Origin: Camelus ferus
Lineage: Eukaryota
Reading direction: 5' to 3'
DNA length: 64,000 nucleotides
NCBI RefSeq assembly: GCF_009834535.1
Contig: NC_045697.1
Location: 106,394,001 to 106,458,000 of the forward strand
Shown here: piece after piece, positions 1 to 13,004 of the stretch
How the letters are laid out: each line of letters opens with the position of its first letter
How positions within the stretch are numbered: the stretch's first letter is position 1
Position numbers and translations under genes: made by a program
The notes under the pieces: model-generated
Database searches by the model: none
What the model saw: only the letters and a program-made list of their open reading frames with translations
What the model was told of the DNA's origin: nothing

Positions 1-292
1 TTTCTATCACTGAGCAGCACACTGTATGTTCATTCTCTCTCTTAGTTCAGATATACAGGAGACACGAGGGCACAGCTAGGAAGAACGGCTCATGGCTTTA
101 GTTCTTGAGAAGGCCTGACTCACCCACCCAATTCCTCACTCTGATTAGTGGAGTCAGGCTGGGCTTGGGCCCTCTGGAGAGTCCCCAGTCTGCCAGCACG
201 GAGCAAGCACATACTCTCCTCTGCACAATTTATAACAGGGAAAAATATTTTTTAAATGATATTTGGAGTTGAAACCTAGTTTTAGAAGTATG

Positions 293-754
293 CTCTATTA
301 GTTTTCTATGCCTATCAAAACAAATTACCCAAAATTTAGTGGTTTGAACCAACAGAAATTTATTCTCTTTCAGTTCTGAAGGACAGAAGTCCAAGATCAA
401 GGTGTCAGCGGGGCTGTGCCGCCTTCAGAGGCTCTACAGGTAAATTCCACACCTCTTCCAGCTTCTGGTGGCTGCCCACAGTCCTTGGCTTGTGGACACA
501 TCATCCCAATCCTGCCTCTACAGTTACACTGTGTCTCCTCTCCAGTATGTCTGTAATTTCCCCCTGGCTTTCTCTTATAAAGACATTTGTGATTGCATCT
601 AGGGCCCACTGGAATAATCTAGAATAATCTCTTTAGCTCAAGATCCTTAACCTGATCATATCTGCAGAGATCCTTTTTTCCAAATAAGGTAACATTTACA
701 GGTTTTAGGAATTAGGAGCTGATATATTTAGGTGGCCATTAGTCAGCCTATTAC
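293..754 (-). mobile_element. MaLR solo LTR, MLT1C/MLT1D-like
   Basis: Reverse complement starts TGTAATAGGCTGACTAATGGCC..AATGTTACCTTATTTGG..TGCAGATATGATCAGGTTAAGGATCTTGAG and ends ..AATAAATTTCTGTTGG..CCACTAAATTTTGGGTAATTTGTT..GAAAACTAATA. Track ORF 397..609 is LTR-derived. Confidence 0.85.
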
Positions 755-984
755 ACACACTTTCAGTGAAATTTTTCCTACAATAACTAGATAAGGAAGG
801 TGTTTCCATTAGACAACAACTGAAAACCAACAGAAAACCAAATTAAAGAAACAGAAGAAACAAATGAGTAAGAAAACTGAGATCTGAATCTAGGGAGTGA
901 AATTCCTATGTTCCAAGCCACTAAACTATGCTGCCTTCTCAAAAAGGAGAATTCACAAATTCATATAAACTAAAAAATCCAGAT

Positions 985-1366
985 AACATCTGTCTTCAGC
1001 AAAGCTTGGGTTAGAGGCTCAAACTATGTCATCCCTTGATTTCTCTGCATCATTCAAGTCTCTCTTTCATGTTGGCTTTATTCTAGAATTCCCTGCTATG
1101 TTTTCTGGTACCTCCAAACTCATATTACCTTTGCTGGTTTAAATCCAATCACTCCACACATCACCATGGCCAGGAGAATGAGCTCTTCTCATTGGCTGTG
1201 CCCGAACCACATGCCAGCCCTGGAGCTAATGGGTGGGGTGACAGCTCTTTGCAAACTGCACAAACTTAGAGCCGAAAGAGCACTTCTGCAAAGTCAAATC
1301 AGAGTGCTGTTACCAAAGGTCAGGTTAAACGATGCTGAAAAGCCAAAAACAACAAATGTCCACCAA
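985..1366 (-). mobile_element. Old MaLR LTR fragment, MLT1K/L-like
   Basis: AAATCAGAGTGCTGTTACCAAAG..GATGCTG..CAAAAACAACAAATGTCCACCA is the typical reverse-complemented start of MLT1K/L. Confidence 0.65.
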
Positions 1367-4300
1367 AGAAGGTTTTCATCACAAATAGGAAACCATTTCT
1401 AGGAAGGAATGGCTCTCATTTTACTTCTTTGGAGAAGCTGGTATTATTTACTTGTACATCAAGCTTATGTACAAATGACCTAGGAAGGATCCTAGCTGCC
1501 TGCAGAATATGTCACTTAACTCTTAACCCTTCTCTGCCTGGGTTCCTTGTCACATGCAAAACAGGGAACAAATGTACTTAATAAGAAAACTTCTACAAAT
1601 CACTACTTTATCCTAAGATTTCTATTCTCCCTAAGGTGTCCTCTGGACCAATAAGAGAGTTGGAAGAAGGCAGATGGTAAAAAGAATGTCTTTATATTGT
1701 CTCTAAATCCTTTATGTTTTAATAATATTCATATTTGAGATACTATTAATTTATTAAAAGTTAATGAACTTTTGTGACTACTTCAGTTTAGTAAGCCATG
1801 TCACTACAGAGGCAGTGAGTCTCCTGCCTTACTTTGAGTCTCCATCCTATATCTTTCCGTTTCAGAGCTCACCAGATCAGTATAAAAAGAGGAAAAGCAC
1901 AAAGAAGACAGGTTTGTGTTTAAGACACTGATCACTCAGATACATAATTCTATTCATTTCTAAATTTTAAGAATTCTGTTTAGATTCTTTCTTTAAGAGC
2001 ATAGACAAGCAAAAGAAAATCTGTAACAAGAAATGGGAAAAAACATAGATATCTAAACAGGAAGAAACAAAGAAAAGCAGAGAAGCACTTGCAAAATTCT
2101 CTGTATGATGATCTCTACAGATGTTATCCCGAATTTGTTCCCTCATTTAGAAATTTCTCAATTAGAGTCTGTTTTTATACATGGAGGAAGATTAGCACAT
2201 TTCAAGTTTCAAAGCTTCAAAAATCAAATTATTTTTTAACACCAAATTCAATTTAATTTTCCACTTCATTAAAAAAAAACTCTAGTTTCCAACGTTTCTC
2301 ATAAATTGTAATGGAACCTGGTCTTAAGTTCCTCCAAATAATTTTGTGGGAATGAGTAAAAAACATTGTTAGTATGTTTGTTAAATATCCTATGTATACT
2401 TAACATTATTAAAATATAAAATAAGAAGAGATTTTATAGACATTGTTGATCAAAAAACTGGGAAGCTGTCACCACTCTGGGCAAAAAAAACTACCATAAT
2501 ACTAAGTCACTTTTGCTTATAGTTTTCTCCAGCACTTTCTAGTCACATAGTTATTTTAGAGTATTATTAAAATTCATTATGCCTTCATTTTATATTTAAA
2601 GGAAAAGATTTGTGATCTGGAGACCAAAGAATACACACACACATACGCACAGAGAGACACGTCTACTCCTTACCAAATTGGCTAAGAACAATCCAATATC
2701 CCCTAAATATATCTGTATGACATGAAAATCGTGAAATCTTACTCAGTTTAATTAAAATCTGTTTTCAAATTTAAATAGCTCAAATTAGACCCAAGTATTT
2801 TTTGTTCCCAAGGGAATGTATAAGTAGGTGAATACCATATAATATATGGTAACTATAAACTAATACTTAATATACACTACAAAAACTGATTTTTATATGT
2901 GATTTCTAATTATCAAGATTCATAAATTGCTGGCAGCACGACAATAGAAACTGGTTTAAGCAGTACTACAGAATATATCTATATACTCAAAAAGGAAATC
3001 ATTCCATATTTTTTCCGGTTTTGCTCTATTAAGAAAAATATGGGCATGTGTTATATACAAGTATAGGGAACATATTTACTGAAGATATTTGATAGTGTAA
3101 CTGTTATAGTGTATTTTTTAAGTTGATATCCTTGAATCAAATTCAAGGAATGTTCAACCTGTCCTCACATAAGATGTTCCGCTTACAAAAGGTAATGCAA
3201 CCAAATTCGTCAGTGCAATATGAGCGTAAGGGACACATACCACACACATAGGACTCACTTTCTAATCTCACAAACTTTAATCAGGTTCTGGAATTAATGT
3301 GACTGATATCTTAGATCATGCTTCCATTCACACTGAAGTGAATATTGGGAATATGTTTTAAAAAACAGATCCAAGTCACAGACTTACTATATATTTTTTG
3401 AGATAAGAACTTGGAGAAATGAATTGCAATTTTAATTCAAATATAAACTCTAAGATCAGCACTTCACAGCTGTCTGGTGGGACCCATGCAAACATTCTTA
3501 GTAAAATGTCTCTGACTTCAACAGAGCCTATAATAGGATTTTCAGGAGGACCACTGTCCTCCAAGTGCTCTTGATAAGACCTTCACTCCCGTCTCACACT
3601 CCTATCTCTAAAACCTTAGCCTTGTGACTACAAACTATTAAAGAGAACAATCCCCCAAAAGAGACAGACTAGAATGAATCACCCACCCCCTCTGACAGAC
3701 CCTCAGAACTAGTCTTCTCACTCTCTTTGCTATTAACTTTATCTCTATAGACCCTTAATCTCTCCTCCTTCCTTGAATCACCTCCCCCAAATCTTCTCTG
3801 TGCCCTAAGAAACCCCAGATTTTCATCCGCTGAATTGATATTCTAGCTACATTCTCGATATGTTCCCCCAATCTTCTGGTTCTACAACCCTTATTTTCCT
3901 AAAGACACAGCTTCTTCAGCTGCTCTCTCAAGGGGTTACTATTCTTTTCTTACCATCTTTCCACACTCTAGGGCTAGAGATAAAGTCAACTTCTTCCTTG
4001 ATCTTTAATGAGACTTCCAAATAATTCTCTTTTCTCTCAAAAAAAGGGAGGGAAGATTTTATTTTTCACAGCAAACTATCTTTTCCCACTTTCCTAGATT
4101 TTTATTATTTCACCCTTCTCTTTGCCCCCCAAAACTCCAATATTTCCCATCCCATCCTCAAGTGAAGACCTCACTTTTAATTTCACTGAAAAAATAGAAG
4201 CAGTCCCACAACCTAATCTACCTGTTGGCCTGTGTTTGTGCCCATGACCTTGCCTTACAATGGCAATGGATGAGCTTTCCTTGCTCCTCCTGTCGAAGGC

Positions 4301-4518
4301 CTTCCTCTTCCTTGATTGAAATATGAGTAATGGATTTCACACTTCCCTGATTTCCCTCCAAGCTGTTCATTTACCACTTCCTTTGCTGGGTACTCCTCCT
4401 CTTGCCCTCTAAATGTTGCAAACCCCCAGGACTTATTAGTCCTTGGATTTTTTTCTCTATCTACATTTACTTCTTGGATGATCTTAGATAAGTCTATGAT
4501 TTTAAGTAAAATCTATAC

Positions 4519-4811
4519 CTCTGTTTTCCAATACAGCAGACACTCACCAACAGTAGCTACTGAGCATTTGAAATGTGGCTAGTCCAATTTCTACAATACA
4601 CCCTGGATTTTGGAGACTTAGGATAAAAAAATGTAAAATATCCTTTTAATAATTTTTATATTGACTATTAAAGTGATAGTACCTTGTATATAGTAAATAA
4701 ATCTATTATTATAATTAATTTTACCTGCTTCTTTTTACTTTTTTAATGTGGCCACTAGGAAATTTTCCATTACAACATTTGCAGCTCTTATTATATTAAT
4801 ACTGGACACTG
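4519..4811 (-). mobile_element. MER33 (hAT-Charlie non-autonomous DNA transposon)
   Basis: GCTACTGAGCATTTGAAATGTGGCTAGTCC..TTTTTAATGTGGCCACTAGGAAATTT..TGGACACTG, with 8-bp TSD ATCTATAC (4511) / ATCTATAT (4812). Confidence 0.85.
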
Positions 4812-5054
4812 ATCTATATGTTAATGTCCCCAGCCTTTCTTATGAGCCCACACTTACATAACAGAGTACCTGTAAGACGTTTTCATGTATATATGTGATA
4901 AGCACCTCAACATCTCAGAAAGTGGTAATTCTTACCTTCCAGTTCACCAAGCATAAAGCCTAAGAATTACCCTTCCTTCACTCTTCCTTTCTCTCACACT
5001 CCACATCCAATCTTTCAGCAAATACTGACAACTTGCTACCAAAATAGTTTAAGG

Positions 5055-5415
5055 AAGTATTTTAAGGAAGTGAGCTTAGGGAACAGGAAATAAATGATGG
5101 AGAAAAACACAAAAAAGGAGAACAAATGTAAGAATCCTTTTTGAGTTGACTATCACTACAAGAAACTAGTTGCTTAACTGCTTGGGACCTTCTGAGAAGC
5201 TTTATAGAATGTAACTGAGACCCTCCTGCCCAGGGAAAAAAAGGAGGAAACATTTATCCACCAGTCCTTTTCCTCCCTTCCTGGCTGTTCACATGTCAGG
5301 GCTGAGCCCATTCCTGTGGGTGTCCCAAGCCAGGAAGGAGTTGGGGAAGCCTGGAGTAGGAACCTCACTAAAGCAAGTGCTGGAGTAAGAAGTGAGCCAA
5401 GAGGATCTCAAGCTG
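5055..5415 (-). mobile_element. ERVL LTR, LTR33-like
   Basis: GGGACCTTCTGAGAAGC..TAGAATGTAACTGAG..CATTTATCCACCAGTCC motifs. Confidence 0.5.
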
Positions 5416-5416
5416 T

Positions 5417-5615
5417 AAGAATGGTGTTTGTCAAAATGCTCCAAAGAGCAGATTGGGCACATCTCCCAACTCCCATAATCAGTGATGCCACATCGGTTGC
5501 TTGAAATTGGCCACGTTAGAGTATTTACACTATGGAAATTGGCAAAAGCTCTAAATCAGGCTTCCTCCTTCCTCTCACCATCGCCAGTTGTTAAACATTT
5601 CCTAGCCCAGCACTG
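5417..5615 (+). mobile_element. MER63A-like hAT-Blackjack MITE
   Basis: GCACATCTCCCAACTCC..CAGTGATGCCAC..GCTTGAAATTGGCCA..GAGTATTTACACTATGGAAATTGGCAAA..AAATCAGG..GTTGTTAAACATTT..CACTG. Confidence 0.8.
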
Positions 5616-6169
5616 ACTACAAGATTCTGTTTATCAGACAGCTGCAGCTCACCCCTCTCCAGCTCCTTCTCCCAACTGCAGCCACGTTTGTTCTTTTTGC
5701 ACTTCTTTGAAAGTACTTCTGTGTTTCCTTCACTTGGGACACCGCAAATAGTTTTCCCATGGCCTAGAACTCCAAGCAGGAATTACTCCTTGTCTGAGAA
5801 ATTTTTTTTTCATTTTTCATATCTTAGCTCAAATGAAATTTCTTCTAGGAAGACTTTGCTGACTCTAGACCAAATCCAATTCATGTGTCAAACACTCTCA
5901 ATCTGCATATAAGTGATGATTTAATTAATATCTGTTTCTCCAGCTAGACTGCAAGTTCCATGTGAGAGAGCAAGTCAGAATCAATTTTTCTCATTCCTGT
6001 ATTCCCCACACCAAGTTTTGTATATTTACTCAATCAATAGATAGATATTAAAAGCACTTTTACCACTCTCCCATGAATGAAACTGCAATTGTTTTAAGAA
6101 TGTTGAAAAAGAGTCCTCATACTTGAAAATGTGGGGAGCCATGTGGGGAGGACAACACAAGACATTTTT

Positions 6170-7500
6170 ACGGATGTGTTTCACTTCTGGCTACAATCCA
6201 CTGAGCTAAATCTTGGTCATATGGCTCCACCTAACTGCAAGGGACATAAGGAATGATTTTAGCCAAGTACCCAGGAAAAGAAGGATATAATAAGTCTGAT
6301 GAGCATCTAGCAAGTGTCTGCCACAGTCTGCCCTTTTGAACATCAAATATCCACTCATTCTTATACCCTGACAGGACACAAAGGAGACAACCCAAAGTTC
6401 CACCAAGGCACTGCATCCAGCTCAGAGCTCAGGATCTCTAGCTATTTGTAATCTTCTCCATCAGGTCCCAATATGATTCCTCTGGTCTAGTAATAATGTG
6501 CACCAAATTAGCAAATTATTTCCAATTTTCCCCCAAAACACACAACATCCAGTAGTGGAGTATGTATAGGACAACCTCAGTAAAAACTCCACTAGCAAAA
6601 GGGAAGATGTGTAGTAATCACTAGGCCACAGAAGTTATAGAATTCTGCTGGAGAGTCCCTGAATAGTCCTCTCAGCTGGAGGTGGGGAAGTTCTCTAAGT
6701 AGAAAAGGATTCAGTTCTGAGAGGCACTCCCTTGTTCATCTTTCTACTGGTCCCTGGATCCACTCTGGGAAGGGTTTTCCTGCTCCTTGGCCACATCTTG
6801 CTATTATCTTCCTTGAAGACTGCACAGCCCTTATGATCGACTTCCAGATGAAGCCAGGTTATTTTACTTTTGAACATTCAATTAAATTAAGGTTCATGGC
6901 TTCTTTGGCAATGAAACTCTTTAAAATATTTGGTAGATATTTTAATCTATTTTCTTCCAATTCTACATGCCAATAACCACAAAGTTCTTTTTTAATACAT
7001 AGTTTTAGCATCTCCTTTGTATCTTCACTTCTCTACCCCCTGCCTTAGTTTCTCAACTTCATAATAAGTATTTTTAGGTTATGTGAAACAATGGGCTGGG
7101 TTGGGGAAAACATATCTTTAATCTGATTGTTGCTACAATGATAAGTCTTGGCAGATATCTGCTCAAAACCAAGGACCCAAATCCTTGGTACTTCTCTATG
7201 CTCTTTCATTTCTACTTGCAAACCAGCCAATACTTTTCTTAGTTCATCTTTTTTTTATAATAACTTCCCAAAGGCAGCCAAAACCACCAACATATTTTTA
7301 ATAATGCTAGTTTTCCAACTTCTTCACCTTGAGCTACCAAGCTCAGTAGGTATATGGTCTAGATTCCAGAGGTTATTGCCGGTGGATTCATGGTTATTGC
7401 CGGTGGCAGTCTGATCATTACATAAGATGCATCTCCAACCCTTCGATGCGCTGTATCTGTTACCATGCTGCCACTTAGTACCACTAAGCCAATGAATCCC
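6170..7500 (-). mobile_element. MLT1H/I/J-type LTR piece (to about 6325) joined to MaLR internal sequence
   Basis: LTR end CATATGGCTCCACCTAACTGCAAGGGA..AGTGTCTGCCACA is followed directly by an MLT1-int-like stretch, GGAGACAACCCAAAG..CACTGCATCCAGCTCAGAG..CAGGATCTCT. Confidence 0.6.
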
Positions 7501-7539
7501 AAAGGCCTTCCCTCTATCTTATGTTCTACCTTATTGTTG

Positions 7540-9370
7540 ACAAAATGTAGATAACTCTACTTCTCAAATATCTCTAAAATCTCTCCTCACAGTTCTATCC
7601 CCAGGGCCACTACCTCAATTCAATTCATTCTTTCTCCCATGAATTACTATCTCCTCATTGGTCTCTGTGCCTCCAAAACTAATCATACCTCATCTCTGCC
7701 CTCAGTAAATGCTTTAAAATGCAAATTTTATCACTGCAACTTTTCTCTAAAACATCTGGATTACTTTTAGGTTCAAATTCAATGTTCTTCAACTTCTAGT
7801 CTCATCTCTAATTACTTTCCAATCCTCATGTTTCAGTTTTGTAAAAAGCATTTCAGTTCACTCAAGTGTAATGTAATCACTTTCTCAGATATCCCTTATC
7901 ATGTAGATGCCAGATCCTCTAACCAGACAGGACTTTTCTTCTTTCTTGAGTTAACACTTATTCATCCTTCAAAATTTTTCAGACTTTAAATCTGGGAATC
8001 CTGCCCTATTCCTAATCCTGAATTACGTATCTTTCCAATTGATTTCAAAACAGTAGAGCTTGTTTTTCACTACAGTCACACTATACTGTAATTATCTATC
8101 CTCCATCCAACTACACACAAATGATAAATATCAAATTTGAACTTCATAAGGGCAAGTAGCATATCTTTTATCTCTATATATCTCACATACTAAATAAATG
8201 TTGGTTGAACACATACATGAGCCCCACAATTTTAGTTTGTTACTGACCCCCAAAATCAGCCTTCAGTCTTCACCCATCTCTCTCCTAAATGCTATTTTCA
8301 ACTTCCTAATGGTTATCTCCATATGTATGTATACCTAACAGGTCTAAAACTTTATTTATCATCTTTCCCAACCCTTTTTTCACTGTCCTAAATCTGCTTC
8401 TCCCTCTGAATTCCTATCTCAGCTTAATGGTGTCTGTCTAATTTTCCAGTCTAGAGACCTGAATATCTTTCTTTAGGAATTCTCTGGTCAAAGGAATTGA
8501 TGACAGCCAAGTTAAAAACATTAAACAGATTTCTTTTTGTAGTATTTCTTAGAGCTTTCAATATATCAATCTCCAAGAAGTAAATACATTTTTTCAAACT
8601 TATCTAACCAAAGAACCCTTGTATCAAGGTGAATCACTGAGGACAAGTGTTCTCAAAACTACGCTTTGAGAAATGCTGCTGTAACACCCCACCCCCACAC
8701 TTCATGCTTCACCACTGCCCTCCTTTAGGCCCCTGCCATCTCCTTACATGGACCATCTCTTTCCTGGGCAGCCTCCTCTCTTATTCCTCTGCCACCATTC
8801 TCTCCAAAGCCTCTATGTCAGTTTTATTTTTTTCTAATAAAAAGATCTGATCATACCTCACCCCTTCCCATCCCCAACTTTAAAATCACCATTGGCTTTC
8901 CATCACACATAGGTTCAATTCATAGGCCTGCTATTATATTGGCATCCTAATATACCCTCACCCATCTTCTCAATTTCATTTCTTACCATATCTCTCCTTT
9001 CCCACAACATATCACTTTTTTTTTGTCCTTTAGAGCTTTAATATTTTTCTCCCACTGTTCAAAATGGCTCAAAATGGCCTCTCCTGTTTCCACCTACCTT
9101 TAACAAATTTCTGCTAACACTGATTTCTAATGAGATCTCATCTGAGAAATTCTCATTCCAGCATCTGGTTGGTTACTCCTCAGTGTCTCCATAATGCTTT
9201 GTACTTACACTATTACAGCAGTTGTCATGCTATATGATAAAGGAATTACCCAAGTATTTAACCCCACTGTTACTCTCTGAGCCTTTCAAGCTTTGTTTCT
9301 CCAACTCCTAACATAGAGCTTACTACAGAGAAGATACTCATTGAATGAAAAAAATTCAAATGAATGAATA
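7540..9370 (+). mobile_element. Multiple degraded L2 fragments
   Basis: L2 3' ends AATAAATGTTGGTTGAA (about 8193) and ACTCATTGAATGAA..ATGAATGAA (about 9336-9368), with pyrimidine-rich bodies. Confidence 0.55.
8475..8680. mobile_element. Charlie4z-like hAT DNA transposon
   Basis: TTAAACAGATTTCTTT..TTCTTAGAGCTTTCAATAT..AATCTCCAAGA..CAAACTTAT..GAACCCTT..AGTGTTC..CTTTGAGAAATGCTG. Confidence 0.65.
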
Positions 9371-9982
9371 ACTATATAATAAGCAAAAATGAAGAAAAAT
9401 ATAGATGAAGTTATGAAAGCTTATATAACTAGAAATGTATTTTAAAAGGTCATTTATTCTAGCCAGGAAAAAATTAAATTAGTCTCAGGAACACAGTATC
9501 ACTTCCCTTAAATAGACCTCTAGGTTCAACCTTACCAGGTTCCTGAGAGAGAATAAAACTTTACCACAATTTGTCTTAAAGGCAAACTCTACAGCTCCCA
9601 AAAATCCTTTTAGGGCTTTGAGGGAACACACAATAGTGACCTACCTTCCCACCCCGCTCAACAGAATTCAGGGCCATAAATCTCTGATTGCTCTCCTAAC
9701 AGTGGACTAAACAGTCTCTGACAGAAGGAACAGCACTCTGTTGGAAGACAAGGCTAAGCAATTTTCCTCCTCTGCATTCCTCCTGCCCATTACGATGCTC
9801 TCTTCTCAATTCCTGGCGGCCCCCAGAGGTTAGCAGCATTTGTAATCATGCCTCCCTACCTTTCATTGCTAACATTTAAAGTGTGGAGTTTGTTTGAATG
9901 TGGAAATTCCATTTAAGCATACCATAAGCAAACAGTTTTGCCTGTTGGTTTGCTGAACTGCTTTGCTCCACCAAAAACTTAC

Positions 9983-10250
9983 CTGTCACAATTAGATCTA
10001 CAGCCTCCTTGCATTTTTGTTTTACTTTAAAAATGTGTGGCTCCTTGAAAGAAGTTTGTTGTGGAGGCTCCTCAGAAGGCCCACTTCTGGAATAGTCTTT
10101 GGCAAAACAAATCCTTTTGTGCACTACCTGAAGTTCTTGGACCACATCGAGTGTTTCCTTTTTTTTAATCTCCAAAGGTATGAATTTGCTAGATTTCAGT
10201 TTTTGATGTTTATTTCTAAAAACATTTATAGAAGTACCTTGAACTTTACT
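9983..10250 (-). CDS. IQCM: IQCM third coding exon (268 nt, SKVQGTSINVFRNKHQKLKSSKFIPLEIKKKETLDVVQEL...SFKEPHIFKVKQKCKEAVDLIVT-G)
   Basis: Acceptor TTTTGTTTTGTTTATAG| and donor CAG|GTAAGT. Open throughout, in the frame of track ORF 9876..10175. Matches recalled human NKVQGTSINVFRKKHQKPKSGKYIPLEI...SFKEPHIF...DLITKG. Confidence 0.92.
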
Positions 10251-12039
10251 CTATAAACAAAACAAAAATAAATTTTAATATTAATTATATAATAAAATTT
10301 TGTAATACATTTTATTCGTAAGTTAATAAAATTATATTCACAAATAAATTTCCAAAGTACCTTACTATATCAGACATTTACTTAAAGCACATGATAGTAA
10401 TCACATAAATTAGCTGTTATCCTTTATAGTTCTCCAAAAACCCTTAACAAGCATGAGTGTTACATTCAACTTACAAAAATGTAAATTTTAAAATCATAAT
10501 TTTTTCCTTAAATGTGATATTTTCAAATACAGCTTCTTAACATCCATTTTAAAGCAGAAGTTTTCACATAAACATAGGATAATTTAATTACTTTTAACCA
10601 TCTTTGAAGACTCTTCAAATGTCCAGAAAATGCTAACACTCCCAAAACTCTCAGTTGAACCAGAAATAACTGCTCATATATGGAGATAGATTAAGAAAAG
10701 CATATTAGTAATCAGATATGTATTTCAGATCCTTTTTCCCACTTAACTACTTACTGATTTTGACCACTGTAAGTGATAAAAAAAAAAATATAGTCCCAAG
10801 TGTCTGACAGACAATTATCCAAACAATTATAATTGTTCTAGTCTGGTAATTCTCTGGCCCACAGATAGAGAGCTACTGCTCCCTGCCTCCCAGAAAAGGT
10901 TTAGACAAATTCAAAACTGTTGAAAACTCAAGATGCCAATAAGGAGGTTTTACTTGCTAATATTACATTTTGCCAAGTAACCAAAGATGGAATATTATGC
11001 TGCTATTATTAGGTGACATTCTAAAAATAGGTCAAGGTTCTAAGGCACAGCTAGCTAACTCTGAAAACTGTGGACTTTTCATCTCACATGTCTCCCAGTG
11101 AAATTAATATAATGTAAAAGTACTTTTCATTGATTAGAAGGAAAAATTAGTTAAGCAATGTTAACAACGTTGATTACAAGATTAAAACCATCTACGACCA
11201 GCCTAAGCATAAAGGACCATGCAAAAGAAACACATGTAAAAATTATAAGCCTCTTCCCCAACACAGTAAGCTTTGAAAAATATTTAAAATCTTTATTTAT
11301 AATTACATTTTAAAAACATATTCAAAAGGTAATAGGGTAGTGTGGCACACAGTAAACCATCCTAAGATCCCCTTCCCTCACCTGTCCCCTAAAGGACCAT
11401 TTGTCACAGTAACAGCTGCTCCCCAAATCTCCCATCTCCTCTGTAGATGTGCTCCCCCAAAATCTCACCCTGTACCCCCTCTCCTGTCTCTTTACCACCC
11501 CTTTCCCTTTCATTCCTTCTCACCTTCCAAATCTACACCATTCAGCAAATGTTTATTGAGCCAGACCCAAAGCTCGCTGATGGAGATACACGATTCCAAA
11601 AAGATAGTCACTGCCCTTAAGGAGCTATCAGATTGGTGAACAGTTCTAACACAAAGTGATATGGAAGAAGACAAAGGTAAGCAGGTCATGCTGGTGACAT
11701 AGGAGAGACACATCTTACAGCACATTTTCTAGTTTAGCTTTGTCCAACTGTGTTTAAAGAGGGACATTTACTTGAGATATTTCATCAACAGAAAACATTA
11801 AAAATTAAATTAAATGTGAAAATTTAATACATATGCAATTAAATAATCTGCAGAGCTGAAAAATCTTATTTTTAAATGCAATCTGAAATCAATTTTTATA
11901 TCTAGTAAGGATTTCATTTTCTCTTCTATTCAGAATCTATCACAGTGCATGCAATCATTTGGAACAATCATTGTAGTATATAAAAATTGTGACTAGATTC
12001 CTGAAAAATAATAATGCTAGATAAATGCAAAGCACTAAC

Positions 12040-12122
12040 CTCATTTATTTTCTCATAATGTTGGGCAATAAGAGTTTTTGCTTCTTGAAAAAAATCTTGC
12101 TTGGGAATCTCTAATATAGGAC
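12040..12122 (-). CDS. IQCM: IQCM second coding exon (83 nt, (S)PILEIPKQDFFQEAKTLIAQHYEKINE)
   Basis: Acceptor TTTCTGTGTTTCTGTTTTAG| and donor GAG|GTTAGT. The peptide is nearly identical to recalled human IQCM PTLEITKQDFFQEAKTLIAQHYEKINE. Phase 1 to phase 0 fits both neighbours. Confidence 0.92.
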
Positions 12123-13004
12123 CTAAAACAGAAACACAGAAACATTTTATTTTTTTAATGTAGTTAATGTACTTTATAATCAAAAGTGGCAAAACTACAA
12201 AATTAATATTTGGAGAGTTATGAATCTTGCAGGACATTATAAAAAGAGAATTTTATAAGTGGACATTATAAATGGATGCAAAATAAGTTAATTTTCCTGT
12301 ATTGTAATATTTTACTTTAAAAAAATACAGCTTAGTCAGAGTTAAGTAGAGTATCCTAAATTATTAAAGTCCAGGGAAACCAAAGAAAACATAAAACTAA
12401 AATCTCCTTTAGTTCTGAAAGTTCTTCCAGAAGACACAACATTATGTAGACACAAAAATTGTTGATAAATCTGTGTTGTCTATACCTGATGACTAATTAA
12501 TACAGCTGTACATTTCTTCAAGGATATTTACCTTACACCTTGTTGATAAGATTATCATTGTAAAATAAAACTCAAAAGGTTTATTAAGTAGAAATATCAT
12601 TGAAATAAAAAATACACATACCTACAAATGGGTAACATTATAATGATAACTCTTCTCATTTAAATTTTCTAAGATTCTTAATTTATTCACTTTACTGACA
12701 GCTATGTATAGAATTCTATAGCATGTACATAGAATGCATCATCTCCATTTAGTCCTGTGTAAGATTTCCTTCTTATACTGTTTCCTTTATTAGATGATTC
12801 TGACATTTATGCGTTTCTTGACTTCCTTCTCTCAACCTGGACTCAGTAAAATTTAAATATATTGCTTTCTCAAATTAGCTTTTCAGTCTAGTCAGTGTGT
12901 TCCTCATTTCTTTGACTATGCCTCCTTTAGTACTACTAGGTTCAAGATTTTCTCTCTCTTCTTCTCACCCACTTAAATTTTAAGCAATTAAAAACTCTAT
13001 CTTC

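Larger units (their letters stand above)
3600..6045 (+). mobile_element. Degraded L2 LINE interrupted by MER33, LTR33 and MER63A
   Basis: Pyrimidine-rich L2 motifs (TTTCACTGAAAAAATAGAAGC, CACATCCAATC..CAGCAAAT) and the L2 3' motif CTAGACTGCAAGTTCCATG at about 5943. Confidence 0.65.

Noticed and set aside
9876..9982. Read-through of the ORF beyond the IQCM exon 3 donor
   Set aside because: Similarity to recalled IQCM ends at the consensus CAG|GTAAGT donor; the extension is most simply intron.
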